Below, piece by piece: positions 26,650 through 36,604 of a stretch of DNA of 64,000 nt (the stretch's first letter is position 1; each line of letters begins with the position of its first letter). Location of the stretch: the NCBI RefSeq assembly GCF_006345805.1, contig NC_043007.1, forward strand, positions 57,784,001 to 57,848,000, given 5' to 3'. This stretch comes from Octopus sinensis. Its lineage: Eukaryota. Both the position numbers and the translations under genes were made by a program. A model generated the notes under the pieces. It searched no databases. It worked only from the letters and a program-made list of their open reading frames with translations, and was not told the DNA's origin.

Positions 26650-27462
26650 GTGAAGGTCAGAATCACTTTCTCTAACACTAGGAATCTTTCACAAATTATA
26701 TCTTCCCACAATACCAAGCTGCTAAACAAAGATTCTTCACCCGGGAGTTCCAACACTAATCTTGCTAATTCCAACCCATCATACAATCATAATAATAGGA
26801 ATAGTATTAATAGTAACAGCATTAGTAGCAGCGAAAGTGTTAACAATGATAATATTAATAATAGTATTAGTCGTGTTAATAACAATGGTAGTGTTGATGG
26901 TAACAACAATAACGGTATTATTGTCGGTGGTATTACTGGTTGTAATACCATTAATAATACTAATAATAATAGAAATAGTGTAGTTGTTAGCGCTAACAAT
27001 AATATTAACAACAATCATAACAATAAAAACTTCGTTTCGATCTCGGAGGACAACCCCAACAGAATAAAAGTTTTGTCTAGTAATTCTAAGATTAAGAATT
27101 CTATTTACCAGTGTAGAATTTCTTCCGGTACCGATGTCTTCTTCTATATAGGAGCGTCCACTTCCCAGTTATCCAAGAGAATTTCAAACCACTATTCAAC
27201 ATTCAGGGATAGTAAAAAACGACATAGTACAGGGCTAAGTAAATTAGTTTGGCGTCTAAAAGACAACAATATAATTTTCAAGTTAGATTGGTTCATACTG
27301 TCTGTATCCTTTCCTTTTGATAAGGGCAGGAGATTTTGTAACATTTGTAACTCTGAACTCTTCCATATTCTTTTCTCTAAGGTTCTCCTAGTAAACACAC
27401 TCATAGAAAAATCATGCAAATGTAAACACTGGCAGAAACACACTTTCTACTCATATAAATGA
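26650..27462 (+). pseudogene. Inverted duplicate of the PLE linker and GIY-YIG endonuclease (open frame, no RT)
   Basis: 270-aa ORF homologous to the left-arm C-terminus; preserves the undisrupted frame. Confidence 0.85.
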
Positions 27463-27734
27463 TAACGATAGTCACTGTGGTTTGAAAAATTAGCTTTACG
27501 TCCACACCACTTCTATAGAGAAATTCTTTCCTAAGCCTTTGAACATTCTTTCAATCAACGTACCCTTCCCTCTCCACTTGTTCCCTACCTATTATTACTT
27601 TATCCCTTCTCTTCCTACTATCTATTTTTAACGTCAATTCTTCTAACGGTTTCAAAAAAAACACTCATTATCGCTTTGTTTACCATGTAGGCAATCATCG
27701 AAATTTTTGTTTGTCTTGTTGTCGAGAGAGGCTC

Positions 27735-27826
27735 CCTTTCTTTCCTGATGAGAAGATTGCATAATGCACCCTTTATTCCTTTGGAATGAAACCATGCTGT
27801 CTTCGAAACATGTGTCGAGAGTAAAG
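27735..27826 (+). ncRNA. Type I hammerhead with canonical core and branched stem II
   Basis: CCTTT-CTTTC-CTGATGA(27745-51)-GAAGA[TGCATAATGCA and ATTCCTTTGGAAT hairpins]TCTTC-GAA-ACATGTGT-C(27816)-GAGAG-T-AAAGG; GUC triplet. An identical mirror motif lies on the minus strand at ~24001-24092. Confidence 0.85.
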
Positions 27827-28024
27827 GAATTTTGTTAACATCTTCGTTCGACTCCATTCTTTCATTTATTCATATACAACACACACATTTCTGCACATGA
27901 ACCCGGAGTTTCTACCCTTGACAGGTCGCTTCAACGGTGTTTCTGACGTGAATTTGCTACCCAGGTTTCGGTTAAGCGAATTTTCCATGCTGACGATAAA
28001 CATAGGATAATTCATTCACCTACT

Positions 28025-28084
<60 letters not shown>

Positions 28085-28815
28085 AAATTCTGTACGATTC
28101 TTAATCTTTCCTTTAGCCCCTTTCAGGCTTTCTTCGTTTCTTCCACTTTTCTTTTTTTCGCTTCCACCCTCTCTCACATTTCTTGGCCTTCCTTTCATTC
28201 TCATCATTTTCCCTCCTCCTTTACCTCACTCTGTCCCTTTCCTTTTTTCTCTTTCTCGTCCCTCCCTAATTTTTCAATCCCACTACCCCTACCTCTCTCC
28301 TCCCCTTCCATGTGACCGGTGTTCGGCCAAGCTTGACCGTTCTTTCTAGGTTCGACTACCAACCGTGTAGTATCTCTTATATTCCTTCCTATGACTCATT
28401 ATCCATGTTCCTGCCGTAAGGCTTCACTTCTATACACACCAGCTCAATTTAATTCGTCCTTAGTCGAAACACACCAGTTGTTAATGTCCTGTTGTTTGTA
28501 TTTGTAATTGTGTACCATTTCTCCGGTTTTTTTTTTGTCCTTGTTTTTGTATACATTCGCTTGCTTTCTTCCAAAGATTTTCTTAGGACCGGCCAAATTA
28601 GATTCACTTGCTTTCTTCCAAAGAAGATTTTCTTAGGATCAGCCAGATTAGAGCAGTCTCGAGAGTAACTGGCCGAAACTACTTGGACGATCTGGTACCC
28701 GACTGAAGATTGAAAGCTCCGAATGACCCTTACTTGTTTTTCCTGTCTTTTTTTGTATCGTCTAAGTGTCCGTATGTCTTGTCGCCTGTTATGTTTTTGT
28801 TCAATTTTTTGTTTT

Positions 28816-28859
<44 letters not shown>

Positions 28860-28871
28860 CGTTCAGAGATT

Positions 28872-28915
<44 letters not shown>

Positions 28916-29383
28916 TTATATATATATATTGAGAAAAAGTCAGAATTTTTCGGAAAAAGTCTTTTTATTTCTTCATTACTATTAACGCTTTGTCAAATAA
29001 AATTTTGTGAATGCGCAAACAGCTTGTTCACTGTTAGATAGATAGATAGAAAGAGAGGGAGAGAGGGAGAGGGAGAGAGGGAGAGGGAGAGAGGGACGGG
29101 GATCCTCCTTCCTATTCACCATTCATTTATTTATTTAGTCATTTACTCTTGTATGGGAATGGGTTTAAGGATGTTGACCTCTTCAGAAACAAAAAAAAAA
29201 ACAGGTGCGGTGTGGACATCACTGAAAATCTTTTTTCCTTTCTTTCTCTCTTATCCTCTTTTTTTATTTTTTATTTTCCTTTCTTTTTCCTCCTCTTTCC
29301 TTCTTTTTTCCTCTATCTTTCTTTTTCGCCTCTGAGCTATATTTAGAATACAATATATATATATATATATATATAAATATATA

Positions 29384-29767
29384 TAAAGGGAAAGTTTACG
29401 AAAATAAACAAAAGACAAAGGCAGGTGGAGTAAAATCAAACAAACGTATTAGTATAGCGCTCAGGAATAGAAAAAGTCTTTTATGTTTAGAGCCTACGCT
29501 CTTCGACAGAAAGATACGCAGAAAAAAACAAGGAGAGAAAAAAATGCGTGTAGGAGCTAACGATTTATCAGGTCGCCATGATAGATCGTTAGCTCCTACA
29601 CGTATTTTTTTCTCTCCTTGTTTTTTTTTCTGTGTATCTTTCTGTCGAAGAGCGTAGGCTCGAAACGTAAAAGACTTTTTCTATTCCTGAGCGCTATACT
29701 AATACATTTGTTTGATTTTACTCCACCTGCCTTTGTCTTTTGTTTATGTTCGTAAACTTTCCCTTTA
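29384..29767. mobile_element. Palindrome of two inverted Neptune-type 3' tails, each with an HHR motif
   Basis: ~187-bp arms around an 8-nt spacer (GGTCGCCA, 29571-29578). Arms are homologous to 17631-17850. HHR at 29637-29674 (+) retains all stems; the one at 29477-29514 (-) is mutated. Confidence 0.85.
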
Positions 29768-29909
29768 TATATCACGCGCTCACGTGGTCTCACTTTGAGC
29801 CTATATTCTACCACTACCAACCCTTACCTTTCCTCGACGGACACCTACCCTCTGGCTGCACCTCTCCTACACGGATCAAAGTGACTTTGTTATTGATATA
29901 TATATATAT

Positions 29910-30315
29910 CTTTTACTCTTTTACTCTTTTACTTGTTTCAGTCATTTGACTGCGGCCATGCTGGAGCACCGCCTTTAGTCGAGCAAATCGTCCCCGGGAC
30001 TTATTCTTTGTAAGCCCAGTACTTATTCTATCGGTCTCTTTTGCCGAACCGCTAAGTGACGGGGACGTAAACACACCAGCATCGGTTGTCAAGCAATGCT
30101 AGCGGGACAAACACAGACACACAAACATATACACGCACATACATATATATACATATATACGACGGGCTTCTTTCAGTTTCCGTCTACCAAATCCACTCAC
30201 AAGGCTTTGGTCGGCCCGAGGCTATAGTAGAAGACACTTGCCCAAGGTGCCACGCAGTGGGACTGAACCCGGAACCATGTGGTTGGTAAACAAGCTACTT
30301 ACCACACAGCCACGC
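29910..30315 (-). mobile_element. SINE family 1, near full-length, well preserved
   Basis: Head GTGGCTGTGTGGTAAG..GGTTCAGTCC, full body and (AAAAGAGT)n tail. Partial copies also at ~23560-23862, 40745-40925 and 56724-56890. Confidence 0.85.
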
Positions 30316-30355
30316 GATGGATAATTGTCAGCTCACTACAGTAATAATAACACCT

Positions 30356-30386
<31 letters not shown>

Positions 30387-30567
30387 AAGAAGAAGAAGAA
30401 GAAGAAGAAGAAGAAGAAGAAGAAGAAGAAGAAGAAGAAGAAGAAGAAGAAAAAGAAGAAGATTAAAGATAGTAATGATAATAACTATAATGGTAATAAC
30501 AAAGGCAATAATTATAATCATAACAATAATAACAAGAGCACTCAGAGAGCGCATACCTTCGCCAAGG

Positions 30568-30582
30568 CAACACCAACGTCCT
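30568..30582 (-). repeat. 15-bp direct repeat / target-site duplication 1 (AGGACGTTGGTGTTG)
   Basis: Plus strand CAACACCAACGTCCT; identical to the empty-site 15-mer at 15443-15457. Confidence 0.9.
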
Positions 30583-32400
30583 GATTTCTTTTATTAGGCA
30601 CTAGGCCTCTATAAAGATGGGACAATACAAAAACAGACAAAACAATACAATGGGGTACATAGAAACACATATCGAATGAAATTATGGATACAATGAAAAA
30701 AACGAGGATGGAACGGCTTACCTGCCCCCCCCCCCACCCCAAGCAGGTAGTTTCGTTTTACTGTTTTTAAATAAAGTTTTACTTAACATTTAAACATCCT
30801 TCTTGCATCTGTTGGTTTTCTTTTTATTTAAAAAAAATCACTATTTACACCATATATTCTGATATATCTTCGAATGCCACCACCGGTGCCAACTCATCGT
30901 AACGAAACTACCATTGTCACATCTATCCTTTCCTCAAGCAACTCCTTCAATCTTTCTCCTCTTTCTCTTTCCAGCAGGACAGCTTTCATACTTTCATTGT
31001 CCTCCTTGGGCGCCAATTTATTCCTAAATATGTTCTTCATCTTTGCAATCTTTTTTTCTATCTCTACACTTTTTGTGTATTATATCATATGTCTTAGATT
31101 TTTCCCTTTCGGTGTCACTCTCTGTTTTCTTTCACCAATCTCTTCTTCTGTATCTCTGTATGTCTCTCATTCTCTCTTTCATTTTCCTTTTTCTTCTGTA
31201 CTCTCTCCTGCTTGCTAGATGATGGTAACGGTCTCTGCATTCGCTCCTCACTTATATTTGTTGACCTTTCATTTTTTCTCTGCTCGTTCGTTTTTTTATG
31301 TTTTCCACTCTGCATCTCCTCTCCACTTGCCTTTCTTTTCTTCCTAGGACTCTTTGGTGGTGGATCTGTGTTATTTCCTCTTTACCACTGTATACTGTTC
31401 TTCCATTTTTCCTCCTCTACGGTTAAACCCTCTTCTTCATGATGTTCCTTCTCTAACTCCACCTCTTCGTGTTTCTGACGACACTTAGCTTTCATGTAAC
31501 CCCTTATTCTACATAGATAGCATACAGGAAGCCTTCCTTCCACCACAATTTTCAACCTCGTCTCATCCGGTAGTACCACTTCTTCTGCAATTTTGTGGAG
31601 GTCTGGTAAGCTTATGTGAACCGATACCTCCAGTCCATATCCCCACAGTTCACCTCCGTAGTTCTTGTGGCCTTCAATATTTGGGTGTCGTCCTCTGTAT
31701 TATAGAGGATGGCTTCCACCAGTTACGCCTCATCAATTTCTGGGGACACTCTACCAATCCTTACTGTGGCCACACGTTTGCCACAGTAAGTTAGTAGTAG
31801 CACCCACTCAGTTGATCTCAAAGGCACAGTTGATCTCAAAGTTTTATTGCTTCTTCCTCACTCACGAAGCGTACCTTCATTGTGCCGTATTTCTTTCCTC
31901 TAATGTAGAATGTCGTTAGGTCTTTAACTTCTTTTAAGAATTCTTCAATCGCCTCCACTGCTGCTATTTCCACTTTTTTTGTTGTAAGGAATAGCGTTCT
32001 ATATATAGTTGTTTTTGTTTTTTGTTTTTTTCTTCTATGGCTTCCTTAGGCGGAGTCAGCCTTAGGCTTTCTCCTTCCTTTCTCAATAATTCGTTATACT
32101 TCTTGAAATTAGTTTCGTTTAGTTCAATTTCTCTAACTTGCGGTATATCTGCTGTTAGACTCTTGCCAGTTACTGCAGCGTAACTGTCTGCTGCTGCTGA
32201 TTTACTTTCCATAATATTATCCACAACTTCACCCATAAATGGGGAAGAAAATAAAATTCAGACAACTATAAATCCAATAAATCCAACAATTCAGTAATAT
32301 AACAGTTTAACAATAACAATGTAACAATGACAAAACTCACATGGACCGAACACACCTCAAACGCAGCAGGTAATCAAATGACTCGATACAACGCTAACGA
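30583..32400 (-). mobile_element. ORF1-only L1/Tx1-like element, unit A (decayed)
   Basis: Starts TCGTTAG; ATG 32236 (MGEVV..SYAAVTGK); RRM-like region; zinc knuckle CYLCRIRGYMKAKC; K/E-rich tract; G-run 3'UTR; ends AATAAAAGAAATC. No APE or RT. Confidence 0.8.
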
Positions 32401-32415
32401 CAACACCAACGTCCT
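32401..32415 (-). repeat. 15-bp direct repeat 2
   Basis: CAACACCAACGTCCT, identical to repeat 1. Confidence 0.9.
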
Positions 32416-33712
32416 TATTTCTTTATATGGATATAATGAAAATGAGAATGAAATGGACTACCCCACCCCCCAAAAAAGCAGATAGTTCCATTTTGCTGTT
32501 TTTAAATGAACAGTTCATATCGGTCTTGTATCTGTTGGCTTATAACATATACTCTATTAAATCTTCGAAGGCCACCACCGGCGGCAATTCGTCGTAGCCA
32601 ATGTGTATTCCTGTCATCTGTATTCGTTCGCCAAACAACTCCTTCAGTTTCTCTCCTCTTTCTTTTTCCACCAAAAACAGCTTTCTTCCTCGGACTTTTA
32701 AGTGGTGAGCCTGTCTTCTTTCATTTTACCACCGTGTATCACTCCTCTAATATCGCTTCCTTCACGGTTGCACCCTCTTCTTCCTGGTATTCCTTCCCTG
32801 TCTCTTCCTCTTCGTGTTTCTGGGAACACTCAGCTTTCATGTGACCCCTTACTCCACAAAGAAAACATATAGGTGGTCTTCCTCCTACCACTATTCTCAA
32901 CCTTGCTTCGTCCGGCAGTTCTTCCGCAATCTTGTGGAGGTCTGGCAAGCTTATATGGACCAATACCTCTTGTCCATACCCTCATCAGTTCACCTCCATA
33001 GTCCTTGATATTTTTATTATCTTCGTGTCTTCCTCTGTGTCTACGAGAATGGCTGCCACCAGCCACGCCTCATCAATTTCTGGGGTAACTCTACCTATTC
33101 TTACTCTGGCCTCACGATTGCCACAGTAAGTCAGTAGTGGTGCCCACTCTGCTGATCTCAAAGTTACAGTGGAGTATTTTCTCGCTTCTTCTTCATTCAC
33201 GAAGCGTACCTCCACTGTGCCGTATTTCCTTCTTCTGGTGTAGAACATCGTTACGTTCTTAATTTCTTTGAGGCACTCCTCGACCGCCTCCACCGCTGCT
33301 TTTTCCACCTTTTTGTTACAATTTCCAATGTTCTATACACAATTGTTACCTTCTTCGTTCTTTCTGTTACTTCTTGGGGAGGGGGGCGTCACCCTCAGGC
33401 TATCTCTCTCCCTTTTCAATAAATCATTGAATTAAAAAAAAATTTTCTCCTGTAATTTAATTTCTGTAACCTACAGTCCCTCCGCTGACAGGCTTTTGCC
33501 AGTCACCGCAGCAGAACTGCCCGCTTGCACTGGTATTCTTTCCCAATTCTTCACAACTTCACCCATAAATGAGGAAAAAAATTAAAAAACGGTAACAACA
33601 CGTTCAACAGGTAACAATCAATCAACAATTCAATAAATAACAGTTAAACAAAAACGGTACTCACAAGGTGCGTATACACTTCCAAATCACTAATCAAACA
33701 AAACACTAACGA
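32416..33712 (-). mobile_element. ORF1-only L1/Tx1-like element, unit B (internally deleted)
   Basis: Starts TCGTTAG; ATG 33566; VEVRFVNEEEARKYS; intact CCHC knuckle CFLCGVRGHMKAEC; ends ATAAAGAAATA. Confidence 0.8.
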
Positions 33713-33727
33713 CAACAGCAACGTCCT
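33713..33727 (-). repeat. 15-bp direct repeat 3 (1 mismatch)
   Basis: CAACAGCAACGTCCT. Confidence 0.85.
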
Positions 33728-35438
33728 TATTTCTTTAATTAGGCACAAGGCTTCATAGAGAAGGAACAATACAAAAGACAGACAAAACGATACATTGGGA
33801 TACATAAAACATATAAACGAATGAATTATGAATATAAATGAAAATGAAGATAGAATGACTTACTTGCCCTCCCCCCACCAATAAGCAAGCAGTTTCATTT
33901 TACTTTTTTTAAATAAAGTGTGTACTTATCAGTCTTGCATCTTGTTAGTTTTCCTTTTGTTTAAAAATCCACACTAAGTCACACCATATGTTTCATCGAA
34001 TCGTCAAATATTACCACTGGTGGCAATTCATCGTAACGAAGTCGAATTCCTGTTATCACTATCCTGTCGCCAAATATTTCCTGCAACCTTCTTGCTCTTT
34101 CTTCCTCCAACAGCACCGCTTTCTCATCTCGATTTCCGTCACTGTTATCCACTTTAACCCTTATTACATGCTTCATTTTTGGAATTTTATTTTCTATCTC
34201 TACACTTATTTTGTAACTTATATTTCTCCCATATTTCCCCTTTGGTGGCTCTCTCTGCTGTACCTCATCACTCTCTTCCTCTGTTGCTGGTATTCCCGAC
34301 TCCTTTTTACTTTCATTTCTCCTCTTCTTCCGTCCTCCCTCCTCCTTACTAGTTGAAGGCAACGGTCTTTGTTTTCGTTCCTCAATTGGCTCCTCATTCC
34401 TTCTTTTCTCGTTCTTGTTCTCCTCTGCCTTTCTTTTCTTCTTCGGGCTTTTAGGTGGAGATTCAACATTGCTCCTCTTTCTTTCTACTATTGTATATTT
34501 TTCCACCATTTCATCCTCCGCTGTTGCGCCCTCTTCTTCCTAACACTCCTTCTCCGCCTCCTTCTGTTCATGTTTCTGGGGACACTTTGCTTTCATTTGT
34601 CCTCTTACTCCATATAAATAACATACCAGAGGTCTCCCTTCCACCACGATTCTTAATCTTGTCTCATCTGGTAGCACCAGCTCTTCCGAAATTTTGTGGA
34701 GGTCAGGCAGGCTGATATGGACCGACACCTCCAGTCCATATCCCCTGCAGTTCACCTCCTTAGTTCTTGATATCTTCAATACATGAGTGTCTTCCTCTGT
34801 GTTATTGGGGATGGCTGCCACCAATTTCTGGGGGCACTCTACTTATTCTTACTCTGGCCGCACGTTTGCCACAGAAGTAGGTAGCAGTAACCACTCGGCT
34901 GATCTCAAAGGCACATTGGAGTATTTCCTCGCTTCTTCTTTGCTTACGAAGCGTACCTCCACTGTGTCGTATTTCTTTCCTCTGGTGTAATATGTCGTTA
35001 TATCCTTTATCTCTACCGCTTCCTCCGCTGCTACTTCAATTTTTTTCGTTACCACATTCAACATTCTATAAATACTTGTCCTTTTAGTTTTTTCAAGTAT
35101 TTCTTTAGGAGGCGTCAACCTCAGGCTGTTCCCCTCCTTCAGCAAACTATTATATTTTTTAAAATTCTCCTTTAATTCGATTTCTTGGACCTGCAGTACT
35201 TCTACTGACAGGCCTTTGCCAGTCACCGTAGCGTAACTGCCCTCTGGTCTACTTTCTATGACGGTATTATTTATAACTTCAGCCATAAATGGGAAGAAAA
35301 AATAAAAGCCAAGTCAGTTAACAACAATTTCAACAATTCCAGTTAATAACAGTTCAACAATTCAGTAAATTAACGATACAATACAACAAAACTCACATGG
35401 AGCTCGGAATCAAATGATTCGAAAAATAACACTAACGA
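33728..35438 (-). mobile_element. ORF1-only L1/Tx1-like element, unit C (most complete ORF1)
   Basis: Starts TCGTTAG; ATG 35286; ORF1 pieces 35286-34849, 34824-34540 and 34509-33979, ending IFGDRIVITGIRLRYDELPPVVIFDD..MV*; ~250-bp 3'UTR ending ATTAAAGAAATA. Confidence 0.82.
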
Positions 35439-35453
35439 CAACGCCGACGTCCT
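35439..35453 (-). repeat. 15-bp direct repeat 4 (2 mismatches)
   Basis: CAACGCCGACGTCCT; followed directly by host HINE sequence CTCAACGATTAGCC. Confidence 0.85.
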
Positions 35454-36276
35454 CTCAACGATTAGCCAGAGATGATTTTTAAAATGAGAATATCTGAAAT
35501 AAACTCGACTGCTCTCACAAACGAGAATACTAAAAATGAACCCGACCTCGCTTGAAGATTAAGTAAGAAAAACGGAAAACTAATCCAGAATCCTTGTTCG
35601 GTCCTGATCGATCCCAATGGTAGTCATGGAATGTGAAGGTGGATGTGCGGGCCGTGTTTGTAATGTTGTATGTGTGTCGTCTGCAGTCGGAACAGGGACA
35701 GTTTTCTCTATGAAGACCTTTTTAACTCTATCCACTGACATAGTGTCTTTACGACCATTAAGGTCTATAGTGAAAAATTATGCGTGCGTGAAAGAAAGCG
35801 GAAAGGACCTGCATACGGTGCTGTTAATAGAGGTTAAACATCGCTGGCGCACAAAAACGTGAGTCTCAGAAGTAAAGCTCGAAATGCAATTGTCAAGTAA
35901 GTATGAGGTTTTAAACAGGGGCGGTATATTATCCATCAGCTTCTACTAAGATAGAGACGCGAGTAAAATAATAATAGAGAAATGAATATAAAACTTTGGA
36001 AACAGCAACGCCACCAAAACTTACGTGGAAACCATGAGCGTGCTTTCGAGGGAGATAATCAGAGAATAACTTGAAAGTTAACGTAAGATTGTAATACTTC
36101 ATGTAAACTAAATATAACAAATGATTCAGAATCCTTGTCCAGTACCGGATCGATCCCAAAATCTAATCAGTTCGTGCCAGTCACGAGGCCAAACATCTCT
36201 GAAAGTTTCATCCAAATCCACGGACAAAACAAACACGACTGAAAACAATACCTCCACCTTTGCTAAGGCGGAGGTG

Positions 36277-36352
<76 letters not shown>

Positions 36353-36604
36353 CTTGACCGAGTTGTCAATACAGTCCAGGAAATATGCACTAAGAGCAAG
36401 GATAACCGGGCAATTAACAACTAAACTACCAATCGGCAACAACACAAATAAAAATGAAGATAAAAATAAAAACAAAAACTTTTTACTCAAACCCCAAACT
36501 AATTATGGGGACAGGAAGGGAAAAACAGGAATAAACGTGACGTAACATAATAGATTACATAATCTTCAATTACATAATAGATACTAATATAAGTACAAAA
36601 TTAT

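Larger units (their letters stand above)
23961..27868 (-). mobile_element. Young Penelope-like element (Hydra-clade-like) with 1.2-kb inverted terminal arms
   Basis: Arms 23961-25173 and 26653-27868 are near-identical reverse complements. Core 25174-26649 encodes RT. Each arm holds the linker, GIY-YIG domain, 3'UTR and HHR. Confidence 0.9.
30531..36277 (-). mobile_element. HINE-like host element interrupted by a three-unit retroelement array
   Basis: 3' end 30531-30567 (CCTTGGCGAAGGTATGCGCTCTCTGAGTGCTCTTGTT), internal part 35454-35616, 5' end 36120-36277 (ATCACCTCCGCCTTAGCAAAGGTGGAGG). All align to 15148-15494. Confidence 0.75.

Noticed and set aside
24366-27462. Selenoprotein-encoding Naiad-type PLE
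   Set aside because: The endonuclease is C-terminal rather than N-terminal, and Cys positions are TGT/TGC with no in-frame TGA.
23961-27868. ADAR hyper-editing signature between the inverted arms
   Set aside because: The differences I could read are a mix of C/T, G/A and others, without a one-directional A-to-G excess.
28560-28720. Hammerhead-like GGCCAG..CTGGCC-GAAAC (related tail at 49780-49870)
   Set aside because: The core reads CTTAGGA and stem I and III pairing is not convincing; probably a decayed PLE tail.
30568-35453. CRISPR-like reading of the direct-repeat and spacer array
   Set aside because: Eukaryotic context, no cas genes, 15-bp repeats and kb-sized homologous coding spacers; target-site duplication explains it better.
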